Source: an uncultured Candidatus Saccharibacteria bacterium
Lineage (GTDB): Bacteria > Patescibacteriota > UBA1384 > DTJR01
Direction: 5' to 3'
DNA length: 64,000 nucleotides
NCBI GenBank assembly: GCA_964487045.1
Contig: CAZAOT010000003.1
Location: forward strand, 136,983-200,982
Under the pieces are notes generated by a model. The model was not told the origin of the DNA. It saw only the letters and a list, made by a program, of their open reading frames with translations, and did not search any database. The position numbers were made by a program, and so were the translations under genes. Below, one piece after another: positions 40,697-50,565 of this stretch; positions within the stretch are counted from its first letter, which is position 1, and each line of letters starts with the position of its first letter.

Positions 40697-42165
40697 ATTT
40701 ATTTGATCTTACTATAGATGAGGCTCAGCTTAAGCTTGCTGCTGGTGAAATTACCTCAGTAGATCTAACTAAATCAGTGCTGGAAAGAATTGAATCTGTT
40801 GATGATAAGGTAAAAGCTTTTCTGAAGGTTTTGAAGGATGATGCCTTAAAACAAGCTTCTGAGTCTGATCTAAGACGAAAAGAAGGAAAGACACTTGGAA
40901 AGCTAGATGGTATTCCTATTTCGCTCAAGGATCTTATTTGTTTGAAAAACTGCGAGACGACAGCTTCCTCGAATATTTTAAAAGGCTTTGTTCCCCCTTA
41001 CGATGCAACTATTGTAAATAAATTAAAAAAAGCTGGAGCGGTAATTGTTGGTAAAACAAATCTAGACGCATTTGCTCATGGATCTTCTACTGAAAACTCC
41101 GATTTTTTTACAACCAGAAATCCTTGGGATTTAGACAGGGTGCCAGGAGGATCTTCTGGCGGATCAGCTGCTTCGGTGGCTTCTGGAGAAGCGCTTGCTT
41201 CAATTGGTACTGACACTGGAGGTTCAATCAGGCAGCCAGCATCACTTTGCGGTGTGGTTGGGTTAAAGCCAACTTACGGACGTGTATCTAGAAACGGAGT
41301 GATTGCAATGGCCTCTTCACTTGACGTTGTCGGCCCTTTTACTAAAACAGTTATGGACAATGCAATTATGCTAGAGGTAATAGCTGGTAAGGATCAGCTT
41401 GATTCGACTACGCTTGATAGCGAGGTTCCGTCTTATAGTGACCAGATCAAGGTAGTTAGTGGTATCAAGGTTGGAGTTCCGAAAGAATATTTTGCTGAAG
41501 GTACTGACCCTGATGTACTGGAGAGTATAAATAAAGCGATAGAAATTTTGAAAAATAAAGGTTGTGAGATTGTTGATATTTCCTTGCCTTCTACAAACTA
41601 CGCCCTTTCTGTTTACTATATTTTGCAGCCAGCGGAAGTAAGCTCTAATCTGGGTCGATATGATGGAATCAGATATGGATTTTCGACTCTGAGGGACAAT
41701 CAAGATCAAAGTTTAGAAGATGTTTACTTTTCATCACGTGGCATGGGATTTGGTGATGAAGCAAAGAGAAGAATAATGCTAGGCTCTTACGTATTGTCGG
41801 CGGGCTACTATGATGCTTATTACAAGAAAGCAATGAAACTGCGTACGATAGTGAAAAAAGATTTTGACCAAGCTTTTGAAAAAGTAGATGTAATTCTTAC
41901 TCCAGTTTCTCCAACTCCAGCATTTAAGGCTGGGGAAAAGTCTGATGATCCAGTTAAAATGTATTTATCAGATATATTCACCGTTCCGATTAATCCAGCC
42001 GGTGTTCCTGCGATGTCTCTTCCCGTTGGTTTTGTAGAGCGCGACGGTAGAGAGCTTCCGGTTGGTCTTCAGATCATTGCTCCACAGCTTGCAGAGCAAA
42101 TAATCTTTGATACTGCATTCACGATCGAGCAAGAACTTAAATTAGATAAAAAACCTCAATTATGA
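40693..42165 (+). CDS. gatA: Asp/Glu-tRNA amidotransferase subunit A (amidase signature family)
   Basis: 490 aa with the amidase signature GGSSGGSAA and the catalytic Ser-cisSer-Lys region. Confidence 0.9.
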   Translation: MNLFDLTIDEAQLKLAAGEITSVDLTKSVLERIESVDDKVKAFLKVLKDDALKQASESDLRRKEGKTLGKLDGIPISLKDLICLKNCETTASSNILKGFVPPYDATIVNKLKKAGAVIVGKTNLDAFAHGSSTENSDFFTTRNPWDLDRVPGGSSGGSAASVASGEALASIGTDTGGSIRQPASLCGVVGLKPTYGRVSRNGVIAMASSLDVVGPFTKTVMDNAIMLEVIAGKDQLDSTTLDSEVPSYSDQIKVVSGIKVGVPKEYFAEGTDPDVLESINKAIEILKNKGCEIVDISLPSTNYALSVYYILQPAEVSSNLGRYDGIRYGFSTLRDNQDQSLEDVYFSSRGMGFGDEAKRRIMLGSYVLSAGYYDAYYKKAMKLRTIVKKDFDQAFEKVDVILTPVSPTPAFKAGEKSDDPVKMYLSDIFTVPINPAGVPAMSLPVGFVERDGRELPVGLQIIAPQLAEQIIFDTAFTIEQELKLDKKPQL

Positions 42166-42590
42166 GCTACAAAAATAAAAATAACTCTGGTGGTCCAAAC
42201 TTCTTATACTTTATCGAAAAAGGTGTTGAAGCTTTAGTTGGCAAGTTATTTGCTAAGACGTCCTTTGATGTTTTTCCAAGCGGTGAATTAGAGGAGCGCT
42301 GGAGAGAGATAGAAAGCCTTGATCCGAAATATTCGATTATCGAGGCAGATAAGCTTGTCGATAATGTTTTGAGGCGCGCGGGTTTGCAAGGCAATAGTAT
42401 GGCCGACAGACTCAGAAAAACTGAAAAGCTTGTTGTAAGAAAGGTTTACCAGGAAATGTGGGAAGCACACAAGCTGAGAAACCAAATTGTTCATGAGGTT
42501 GACTATTATGTCAGCGCCGATGCTTCTAGGGTAGCTCTGTGGCAGATGAAAAGATATTTAATAACACTTGGAGCGTTTAAGGATGAGTGA
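42162..42590 (+). CDS. hypothetical protein inserted between gatA and gatB
   Basis: 142-aa ORF overlapping both neighbours. I recognise no domain. Confidence 0.4.
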   Translation: MSYKNKNNSGGPNFLYFIEKGVEALVGKLFAKTSFDVFPSGELEERWREIESLDPKYSIIEADKLVDNVLRRAGLQGNSMADRLRKTEKLVVRKVYQEMWEAHKLRNQIVHEVDYYVSADASRVALWQMKRYLITLGAFKDE

Positions 42591-43944
42591 TTTTAAAACA
42601 ACAATCGGTTTAGAAATCCATGTACAGCTCAAGACCAAGAGTAAGATGTTTTGTATGTGCTCAAATGATGCAGAAGGCAAAGAACCGAATACTACCGTAT
42701 GTCCTGTGTGTCTGGGAATGCCTGGCACCCTACCGGTCACGAACGTGAAAGCACTAGAGCTAGTTACTAAAATTGGATTGGCGCTAGGATCGAAAATTGC
42801 TGAAGTTTCTTGGTTTGATCGAAAACATTATTTTTATCCTGACCTACCAAAGGGTTATCAGATAAGCCAGTATCAAAACCCGTTTTGTGAAGGCGGAAAA
42901 CTTGAAGTATCGGGTAAGGAGATTAGATTTAACCGCGTTCACTTAGAGGAGGATGCAGGTAAGTTGGTTCATCCAGCTGGAAGCCAGGTTTCACATGTCG
43001 ATTTGAATCGTGCTGGTACTCCTCTTGCAGAAATCGTAACCGAGCCTGATCTTGAAAGCCCTTCGCAGGCAAAAGAATTTTTACAGGAACTCAGAGATCT
43101 TCTTAGATCAATCGGAGTAAGCGACGCAGACATGGAGAAAGGGCACTTACGATGTGACGCAAATATTTCTGTAACGAAAGATGGCAAGATGTCGCCAATT
43201 GTAGAAATTAAAAATCTTAACTCATTTAAATTTGTTGAAAAAGCTTTGGCTTACGAAGAAAAAAGAATTACCGAAGACTGTGAAAATTGGCCTGAAAAAA
43301 ATACGAAATTAACTAGAGGTTTTGACTCAAATAAGGGCACTACATACTCGCTTAGGGAGAAAGAAGAAGCTAAGGATTATCGATATTTTCCAGAGCCTGA
43401 TATTCCACCGATCGAACTTAGTAAAATTCTTGATCTAGAAAAGTTAAGAAGCGAAATCGGCTTATTGCCACAGCAGGCTAAATCAGAGCTTGCGCAATTA
43501 GGTCTTGATCCGCAACTGGCAAAATTAGTTTCAAACAACGCTGATCTTATGCAGAAGCTTAGTGAAGTCAAAAAAATCATTCCGCTTTCTGCTAAGTTGG
43601 TGAAGACTTTAATAAATGATAAATCAGCAAGTCAATTGCCTGTAGAGCAGATTGTGGATCTAAATGCTTTGCTTGATGGAGAAATTCCATCTAATTTGCT
43701 AAGGGATATTATCAAGCAGTCTCTCGAAACTGGCAAGCTACTTTCTGAAATTTCAATTGTAGAAGAAGACTCTTCCGATATAATCCAGAAAGTCTTGTTT
43801 GAAAATGAAGATGCCGTGATAAAATATAAATCAGGAAAACAAGAAATCATTGGTTTTCTGATCGGACAGGTCATGAAGGAAGGAAAAGGAAAAATAAATC
43901 CAAATACCGTTCGCGAAGAGATAATCAAAAAAATCAAAGAGTAA
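42568..43944 (+). CDS. gatB: Asp/Glu-tRNA amidotransferase subunit B
   Basis: N-terminus MSDFKTTIGLEIHVQL and the GatB fold, with a C-terminal GatB/YqeY domain. Confidence 0.9.
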   Translation: MERLRMSDFKTTIGLEIHVQLKTKSKMFCMCSNDAEGKEPNTTVCPVCLGMPGTLPVTNVKALELVTKIGLALGSKIAEVSWFDRKHYFYPDLPKGYQISQYQNPFCEGGKLEVSGKEIRFNRVHLEEDAGKLVHPAGSQVSHVDLNRAGTPLAEIVTEPDLESPSQAKEFLQELRDLLRSIGVSDADMEKGHLRCDANISVTKDGKMSPIVEIKNLNSFKFVEKALAYEEKRITEDCENWPEKNTKLTRGFDSNKGTTYSLREKEEAKDYRYFPEPDIPPIELSKILDLEKLRSEIGLLPQQAKSELAQLGLDPQLAKLVSNNADLMQKLSEVKKIIPLSAKLVKTLINDKSASQLPVEQIVDLNALLDGEIPSNLLRDIIKQSLETGKLLSEISIVEEDSSDIIQKVLFENEDAVIKYKSGKQEIIGFLIGQVMKEGKGKINPNTVREEIIKKIKE

Positions 43945-43991
43945 AAATTAAGAATTGAATTTAGTCTAATTTAAAAGAAAGGGAAGTAAAA

Positions 43992-44285
43992 ATGGCAGAG
44001 CAAGAAAAACCGAAACTTACCCGCCGAGCAAAATTAGCCAGAGAGCTAAATGCTCAATTTATTGAGACTTTGTCCACTCTCTTAACAACCGCTTTTGGTC
44101 TAGTTGCAGCATTTGCCTGGAACGAACTCGTTAAGTCCGTCATTAGTAAGTACATAGCCCCCGGTTCAACTATAATCTCTCAGTTAGTTTATGCTGCACT
44201 GGTTACATTACTAGCTGTATTGATATCGTTTCAACTTGGCAAGCTTGCTGCTATCTATAAAGTTGACTCAGAAGAAGACAAATAA
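43992..44285 (+). CDS. small membrane protein
   Basis: 97 aa with two hydrophobic helices and a charged N-terminus. Confidence 0.4.
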   Translation: MAEQEKPKLTRRAKLARELNAQFIETLSTLLTTAFGLVAAFAWNELVKSVISKYIAPGSTIISQLVYAALVTLLAVLISFQLGKLAAIYKVDSEEDK

Positions 44286-44346
44286 TTAATTTCAGCTTAT
44301 TTTCAGCTGACAAATATTATAATTTTAATAATTAGGGGTTACTAAA

Positions 44347-45573
44347 ATGGATCAAGGAGCAGATGTGCAAAACTCTCAAAATTCTCAAAGCAGGCCGCTG
44401 GTTATATTCTTACTAATTATTAGTTTTTTGGCTGGGATTATCGGCGGTATTGGTGGGATGGCGGTACTGGCGACTTCAACGAGCTTGCAAAAAACTCTAG
44501 GAATTGAAAACAAAAATGGTGCTTTATCATTTCCTGATCAGGGTAGGGTAGAGAATGTCACGGTCAAAGAGGATTCTTCCGTCATTACCTCAGTGAAGAA
44601 GGTTTCACCTTCTGTAGTCAGTGTAGTTTTCACAAAGGATGTAGAAGTATTTAATCCTTTTGGGTTTGGATTTGGCGCAAATCAGCCTGCCACGCAGCAA
44701 CAGCAGGGTGGTGGAACCGGATTTATCATGACTTCGGATGGTCTAATTGCGACTAATAAGCATGTAGCTAATGTTTCCGGAGCGAAATACTCGGTAATTA
44801 CTCAGGATGGAAAGAAATATGATGCGCAGGTTAAATCTGTTGATCCAATTAACGACTTTGCAATCCTAAAGATTGAAGCTAGCAATTTGCCAACTGTAGA
44901 GTTTGGTAATTCAGATGATTTGGAAATTGGCCAGAGAATAATTGCCATCGGTAACGCGCTTGGAGAATTTCAAAATACCGTTACTGTCGGTGTGATCTCT
45001 GGCAAGGAAAGATCTATTACAGCAAGCGATTCTAGTGGAACAAGCGGTGAGGACTTGTATGGATTACTTCAAACTGACGCTGCCATTAATGAAGGGAATT
45101 CAGGAGGTCCACTGGTCAACTTAAAGGGACAGGTGATTGGTATCAACACTGCCACAGCTTCCAAGGGACAGGCTGAGGGGCTGGGTTTTGCAATACCAGT
45201 AAATTCTATAAAATATGCGATCGATTCCATCAAGAAAAATGGCAAAATTGTAAGACCTTATATTGGTGTCGTAACCGTCGCGGTTGATAAAAAAATTGCT
45301 GCAATGAAAGGCTTGAAAGATGCTAAGGGGGCCTTGGTATATGGCGACCCAACTCGAAATATTAGTGCGGTTGTCAAAGATTCACCTGCTGATAAAGCCG
45401 GGATCAAAGAAGGTGACGTTATTTTGAAAGTGAATAATGATGAGATTGGCGAGAACAAGAGTTTGCCTTCGGTCCTGTCTAAATACCAACCGGGTGAAGA
45501 AATCACCCTAACAATTCTAAGAGATAATAACGAGATGAAGATTAAGATTAAGCTCGGAGAGGTTTCTTCATAG
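44347..45573 (+). CDS. htrA: HtrA/DegP-family serine protease with PDZ domain
   Basis: N-terminal transmembrane anchor, a trypsin-like domain with GNSGGPL and a C-terminal PDZ domain. Confidence 0.9.
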   Translation: MDQGADVQNSQNSQSRPLVIFLLIISFLAGIIGGIGGMAVLATSTSLQKTLGIENKNGALSFPDQGRVENVTVKEDSSVITSVKKVSPSVVSVVFTKDVEVFNPFGFGFGANQPATQQQQGGGTGFIMTSDGLIATNKHVANVSGAKYSVITQDGKKYDAQVKSVDPINDFAILKIEASNLPTVEFGNSDDLEIGQRIIAIGNALGEFQNTVTVGVISGKERSITASDSSGTSGEDLYGLLQTDAAINEGNSGGPLVNLKGQVIGINTATASKGQAEGLGFAIPVNSIKYAIDSIKKNGKIVRPYIGVVTVAVDKKIAAMKGLKDAKGALVYGDPTRNISAVVKDSPADKAGIKEGDVILKVNNDEIGENKSLPSVLSKYQPGEEITLTILRDNNEMKIKIKLGEVSS

Positions 45574-45574
45574 G

Positions 45575-46060
45575 ATGCGCCAAGCGCTCTATCTAGTAGG
45601 TGTAATTGTATTATTTGCGTTCGCTGTGTTTATATTCGCATTCCCATCGACTATTGCGGGTTTAGTGGAGGAGAAAAAAATTAGCTTCAAGCAAGATATC
45701 TCGACTCAAGAATCTACTCGTTATAAACCTCTTGGAATAGTTAAATTGGATGGCAATTCTGGCGAGTCGCTGGTATTTAAAATTCAAGTTTTGAACGTTT
45801 CGGCTAGTAATCTTGATCAATTATATTTGGTAAGTGATGGTCTTAGCTCAAGTTCATCTAAAATAGAAAGTAGCCAGATTATTACTTCGCCCGCAGTTGG
45901 CAATTATGCTTTTGATCTGCCTGTGAAGGCAAGTAAGTCGTTTGATTTCACGATTAAATTAAAAGATGAACCGAAAGGCGAATATAAAGGATTCATTGAA
46001 GCGGTAGATTCGAAGAGAAACAAGCTTGGAGAATTTGAGGTTGATCTAATTATTACCTAG
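45575..46060 (+). CDS. membrane-anchored hypothetical protein
   Basis: 161 aa with an N-terminal transmembrane helix. Confidence 0.4.
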   Translation: MRQALYLVGVIVLFAFAVFIFAFPSTIAGLVEEKKISFKQDISTQESTRYKPLGIVKLDGNSGESLVFKIQVLNVSASNLDQLYLVSDGLSSSSSKIESSQIITSPAVGNYAFDLPVKASKSFDFTIKLKDEPKGEYKGFIEAVDSKRNKLGEFEVDLIIT

Positions 46061-46853
46061 AGATTAGCGCGATTCGCGGGAAGTCGTTAAGGTCGTTAAT
46101 AATGCTGGCTTGAAAGCCATACTCTTTGGCGCATTCTTTGATTAATTTATCTTGGTTGTATCCGATCTCGAAAATAGCCTGGCCACTTTCGGATAAATGA
46201 TCTGGCAGAGCGCTAATTGTTTTTTGGATTAATTCAAAACCATTCTTTCCCCCAACTAGAGATATTCTTGGGTCAGCAAGATTTTCAAGGTCTTCGTCCA
46301 GAGGATCGATATAGGGGAGATTGGCACATATAAGATCAAATTTCCCCGTGATGTTTTCGAGCAAATTACTTTTGCGAAGCGTAAGCTCAGTTTTATGCTT
46401 TTGCGCATTATTTTTTGCTACCGCCAAAGCTTCATCTGATATATCACTAGCCATTACTTTGGCGAGGGGATAGAGCTTTTTTAGCGTAATTGCGATTATT
46501 CCAGAGCCTGTACCAACGTCTAGTATCGAAGCTTTAGAGTTATGATCTAAAAATTTTTTGGCCTCATCAATTAATAATTCTGTTTCGGGGCGGGGGATAA
46601 GGACATTCTCATCAACATAAAATTCATTGTTATAAAACCAGGCTTTTTTAAAAATATACTGCGGGGGAGTGCCAGCGGATACTTGTTTTTCAATTAATTT
46701 AAATTTATTAAATTGCGCATCGTCGAGGAGGAGGTCAGGGTAATTAGTCAGTAATTCTTGCGAAGATAAATTAAGAAACTCCCCTGCTGTATAATCAAAT
46801 TCTGCTGGGGGGAGAGGGGAAAGTTTTTTTAGTTCTAAGAGCTTAACTTTCAT
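46053..46853 (-). CDS. prmC: release factor glutamine N5-methyltransferase (HemK/PrmC)
   Basis: SAM-binding motif LDVGTGSGIIAI and an N[LP]PY-type motif (ANLPYI). It lies immediately downstream of prfA. Confidence 0.75.
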   Translation of the reverse strand: MKVKLLELKKLSPLPPAEFDYTAGEFLNLSSQELLTNYPDLLLDDAQFNKFKLIEKQVSAGTPPQYIFKKAWFYNNEFYVDENVLIPRPETELLIDEAKKFLDHNSKASILDVGTGSGIIAITLKKLYPLAKVMASDISDEALAVAKNNAQKHKTELTLRKSNLLENITGKFDLICANLPYIDPLDEDLENLADPRISLVGGKNGFELIQKTISALPDHLSESGQAIFEIGYNQDKLIKECAKEYGFQASIINDLNDFPRIALISR

Positions 46854-47745
46854 CTGCTGATTTCAGGATTTCATCTATCGCCTGTTCGCGCTCAACTTTT
46901 TTAAGTTCGTCGATGATAATATTTACATCACCATCGAGAATCTTTTGCATATTATTCCAGCTCTTTGGAATGCGGTGGTCAGTTATGCGGTCTTGGGGGT
47001 AATTGTAAGTTCTAATTTTGTCAGAGCGGTCGCCTGATTTAACCATAGAGAGGCGAAGCTCTTTGGCGGAAGCTAACTTTTCGTCATATTCTTTCTGCCA
47101 AAGTTTTGCCCGCAAGACACCCATTGCTTTATCTTTGTTCTTAAGCTGAGATCTTTCGTCCTGGCAAGTAACTACGATTCCGGATGGTTTGTGGGTAATT
47201 CTAACAGCAGAGTCGGTAGTATTAACTGATTGTCCCCCGTGTCCACCGGAACGATATACATCGATCTTTAAATCTTCCGCTCGTATATTTACTTCAGTTT
47301 CGGGAACCTCTGGCATTACGACGACGGTAGCAGCTGAAGTATGGATCCTCCCCTGCTTTTCGGTTTTTGGAACTCTTTGTACGCGGTGGACGCCAGCTTC
47401 ATATTTTAAAATTCCGTACGCATTTTCAGCATTAATCGTAGCGCTAAATTGTTCCGTTCCACCAATTGAGTTTTCTTTATTTTCGTTAATTGATACTTTC
47501 CAGCCTTGTCTTTCTGCGAATTTTAAATACATGCGCGCTAGTTCTGCGGCAAAAAGCTCTGCCTCTTCCCCTCCTGTGCCAGCTCTAATCTCTACAATAG
47601 CATTAGAGTGATCTTCTTTTTTCGGAGGGAGTATCTGATCAACTAGTTTATCGATTTCTTCTTGTATTAAAACCTTGAAGTCTTCGTCCGAACTTGAAGA
47701 AAGCATTTCGAGGTGCGCCTTAAGATCATTTATTTTTGGATCCAT
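46843..47745 (-). CDS. prfA: peptide chain release factor 1
   Basis: GGQ motif (GGHGGQSVNTTDSAVRITH) and an RF1-type PxT tripeptide (PKTE). Confidence 0.9.
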   Translation of the reverse strand: MDPKINDLKAHLEMLSSSSDEDFKVLIQEEIDKLVDQILPPKKEDHSNAIVEIRAGTGGEEAELFAAELARMYLKFAERQGWKVSINENKENSIGGTEQFSATINAENAYGILKYEAGVHRVQRVPKTEKQGRIHTSAATVVVMPEVPETEVNIRAEDLKIDVYRSGGHGGQSVNTTDSAVRITHKPSGIVVTCQDERSQLKNKDKAMGVLRAKLWQKEYDEKLASAKELRLSMVKSGDRSDKIRTYNYPQDRITDHRIPKSWNNMQKILDGDVNIIIDELKKVEREQAIDEILKSADES

Positions 47746-47816
47746 AATTTCATTTTAATATTATTTAGTACAAAAAAACTAGCCTTCAAAAAGCTAGTTT
47801 TTTCATTTTTGATTTT

Positions 47817-48116
47817 TTAACCTTCTTTTTCTGGGGTTTCTGCTTCTTCTTTGGTTTCAGCTTTTTCTGTTTTTGGTTTTGCAGATCTCTTAGCGGCTTG
47901 CTGCTTCATCTCTTCAAATTTCTTAAGTCGAGCCTGGAAACGATCGACTCTTCCAGCTGTATCGACAATTCTCTTGTTTCCGGTGTATAGCGGGTGGCAA
48001 GAAGAACAGATTTCGACTTTAATATCTGGAATTGTTGATCCAACCTCAAAATCAGCGCCGCAAGAGCACTTCACTTTTGTTTTGTCGTAATATTGGGGGT
48101 GTAAATTTTTCTTCAT
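47817..48116 (-). CDS. rpmE: 50S ribosomal protein L31
   Basis: MKKNLHPQYY...CSCG...CSSCHPLYTG matches L31. The six-frame ORF extends 47 codons upstream (to 48257) but those have no L31 homology, so the internal Met is the likely start. Confidence 0.75.
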   Translation of the reverse strand: MKKNLHPQYYDKTKVKCSCGADFEVGSTIPDIKVEICSSCHPLYTGNKRIVDTAGRVDRFQARLKKFEEMKQQAAKRSAKPKTEKAETKEEAETPEKEG

Positions 48117-48438
48117 TTTTTTTAAAATATTTGGGTGAATTCTTGCCCTGCCAAAGCATGTACGTGTCGTATTTAGATGTAACCCAATCGACCGTAAATG
48201 CGCCGGCGGGTCGTTTTCATACTTAAGATATAATACCAGAATAATTTTGTTTTTCAATACTCTCAGAGCATCATGTCTTAGCTATTGATTTTTCCTGTCT
48301 TTTAGGGTTTAATAATCAAAGACGCTGCCCCGTTAGATGGGGGAATTTTTTAAGCGATCAAAGTAAAGAAAATAAAACGTCCTGATTAAGTGTAATAACT
48401 TATTAAGCATCTAACTGGACAATTAAGAGGAAAATCTC

Positions 48439-49209
48439 ATGGCTGACAAAGCTGATATCAAGGAGTTATTTAAGGCGGGGGCCCATTTTGGTCACCAGAA
48501 ATCGAAAACCGATGCTCGCTCCGGTGAGTATATTTATACGTTTAAAAATAAAATTGCCGTTATTGATCTGTCAAAAACACAAACTTTGATCAACGACGCT
48601 TTGAATTTCATCAGCAAAGAAGCACAAAACGGTGCACTCTTTTTGTTCGTAGGAACCAAGCTTCAAGCTCAAGAGGCAGTTAAGAAGAACGCTGTGGAAC
48701 TTGAGATGCCATATATCATCGAAAGATGGCCAGGTGGACTTCTAACTAACTTCGATGTCGTTTCTAAGAGTATTAAGAGATTAGTCAAAACCGAAAAAGA
48801 ATTGGCCGAAGGTAAATATGACCATTTGACAAAAGCTGAGCGCGTCAAGATGGAGAAAGATCTTAAGAAATCAGAATTAGTTTTTGGTGGACTAAGAACT
48901 TTGGACAGGATGCCTAGCGCTGTGATAGTAGTTGACGCTAGCAAAGAAATGATTGCTATCAAGGAGGCTAAGGTTAAAGGCATTCCGGTTATTGCTCTTT
49001 GTGACACAAACTCGAATCCTCGTGAAATTGACTTACCGATTGTTTCAAATGATGATTCTAAATCAACTATTGAATTAATTCTCGGTATGATTGCCAAGAC
49101 TGTAAAAGAAAATTACAAACCTCGAGTTAAAGAAGAGACTGAAGAAAGAGTCGAAAAAGCTATCGAAAAGGGCAAAAAATTTACTGACAAAAAAAATGAT
49201 AAAAAATAA
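48439..49209 (+). CDS. rpsB: 30S ribosomal protein S2
   Basis: The N-terminus LFKAGAHFGHQ and the S2 fold run throughout. Confidence 0.95.
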   Translation: MADKADIKELFKAGAHFGHQKSKTDARSGEYIYTFKNKIAVIDLSKTQTLINDALNFISKEAQNGALFLFVGTKLQAQEAVKKNAVELEMPYIIERWPGGLLTNFDVVSKSIKRLVKTEKELAEGKYDHLTKAERVKMEKDLKKSELVFGGLRTLDRMPSAVIVVDASKEMIAIKEAKVKGIPVIALCDTNSNPREIDLPIVSNDDSKSTIELILGMIAKTVKENYKPRVKEETEERVEKAIEKGKKFTDKKNDKK

Positions 49210-49210
49210 T

Positions 49211-49353
49211 CCCGTCACTTTTCAACCTCTCGAAATATTCTCAATCTGAGAAATTTGCGACCCTGCCTACCGGCAGGTAGGTAGGTTTCCAAAGTGAGGG
49301 ACTTCCGGAATTGCTTCCTGCCCTGGAGCGCAATTCTCGGAGCGGGAGAAAAT
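49211..49353 (+). promoter_or_regulatory. conserved structured leader element (copy 1), upstream of tsf
   Basis: It shares the GGGACTTCCGGAATTGCTTCCTGCC.TGGAGCGCAATTC.CGGAGCGGGAG core and the upstream GTCACTTTT...AAAGTGA stem with the copy at 55641-55765. Confidence 0.6.
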
Positions 49354-49797
49354 ATGGAAAAAATTAAAGAACTTAGAGAAAAAACTGGCGCAGGAGTAAT
49401 GGATATCAAGAAAGCGCTAGATGAAGCAAACGGTGACGCTGCCAAAGCAGAGGAATTATTGAAGGCCCGCGGAGCTATGATTGCCGAAAAGAAAGCCGAT
49501 CGAGAAACTGCTCAAGGACTAATTGATAGTTATGTCCATCTTGGTAAAATCGGTGTGCTTGTAGAAGTAAACTGCGAAACTGACTTTGTTGCTCGAAATG
49601 AAGACTTTAAGAAATTCGTTCATGAACTAGCTCTTCAGGTTGCTCAATCAGAATCTGAGACTGTTGAAGACTTGCTAAAGGAAGAATATTTTCGCTCTGC
49701 AGACCAGAAAGTCGATGACTTGCTTAAGGAGCAAATCGGAAAAATCGGAGAGAATATCAAGATCAAACGATTCGTTAAATATACTCTCGGGGAATAA
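49354..49797 (+). CDS. tsf: elongation factor Ts (short form)
   Basis: MEKIKELREKTGAGVMDIKKAL is the EF-Ts N-terminal UBA-like domain. The start is taken at the ATG that follows the conserved leader, 60 nt into the six-frame ORF. Confidence 0.85.
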   Translation: MEKIKELREKTGAGVMDIKKALDEANGDAAKAEELLKARGAMIAEKKADRETAQGLIDSYVHLGKIGVLVEVNCETDFVARNEDFKKFVHELALQVAQSESETVEDLLKEEYFRSADQKVDDLLKEQIGKIGENIKIKRFVKYTLGE

Positions 49798-49799
49798 TT

Positions 49800-50501
49800 A
49801 TGGATCTAAAGTATAAGAGGGTTCTTCTGAAACTATCAGGAGAAGCTTTTGGTGATGAAGAAAATAAATTATTTGATTTTACCAAAATTGAAAGTGTTGC
49901 TGGATTAATTGGCGAGCTTCAAAAAGCAGGCGTAGAGGTAGCGATCGTTAACGGAGCGGGCAATATTTTTAGAGGGGCAAGAAATGGTCAAATCGATAGA
50001 GTTGACGCGGATTTTGTTGGCATGACAGCCACTATGGTTAATTCTCTTGTTCTTCAGGCAACTTTGAAGAAGCTAGAGATTGTTCAGTCAATTTATTCCG
50101 TTTTGCCGATTAAAAAATTAATTCCGGAATACTCATCTGAGCAGGCGAAAGAAGACTTAAATTCTGGCAAAGTAGTTATACTAACCGGCGGCGACGGGGA
50201 ACCATACTTTACTAATGACACTGCTGGGGTCAAGCGCGGGGTGGAGCTTGATTGCGAATTGATCATCAAGGCCTCAACCGTAGACGGTGTCTATTCGGAT
50301 GATCCTAAAACCAATCCCGATGCCCAGAAGTTTGATGAAATTTCCTATCTAGATGTTTTGGAAAAAGATCTCAAAGTTATGGACAAAGCGGCAATCGAGA
50401 TAGCAAGAGATAACAATCTAAAAATAATTGTTACAAAATTCGACAAAGAATCTGTTCTTAGTGCCTTAAGTGGCGAAAAGATCGGAACTCTAATTAGCTA
50501 A
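49800..50501 (+). CDS. pyrH: UMP kinase
   Basis: KRVLLKLSGEAF N-terminus and an amino-acid-kinase fold. The tsf-pyrH order is conserved. Confidence 0.9.
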   Translation: MDLKYKRVLLKLSGEAFGDEENKLFDFTKIESVAGLIGELQKAGVEVAIVNGAGNIFRGARNGQIDRVDADFVGMTATMVNSLVLQATLKKLEIVQSIYSVLPIKKLIPEYSSEQAKEDLNSGKVVILTGGDGEPYFTNDTAGVKRGVELDCELIIKASTVDGVYSDDPKTNPDAQKFDEISYLDVLEKDLKVMDKAAIEIARDNNLKIIVTKFDKESVLSALSGEKIGTLIS

Positions 50502-50518
50502 ATATTTTAAAAAGACAA

Positions 50519-50537
50519 GGTCCAGCTGCGCTGGACC
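50519..50537 (-). terminator. hairpin GGTCCAGC-TGC-GCTGGACC, with a U-tract on the minus strand
   Basis: Perfect 8-bp stem. On the minus strand it is followed by TTGTCTTTTTAAAATATTT. It lies between pyrH and the convergent GC-rich gene. Confidence 0.6.
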
Positions 50538-50565
50538 TTGGAAAGAAGTTGCTTCTGGCGGAGGG

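Noticed and set aside
47817-48257. Full 146-aa ORF as the L31 gene
   Set aside because: L31 homology begins at the internal Met (MKKNLHPQYY). The 47-codon upstream extension has no counterpart in L31 proteins, so the start was moved to 48116.
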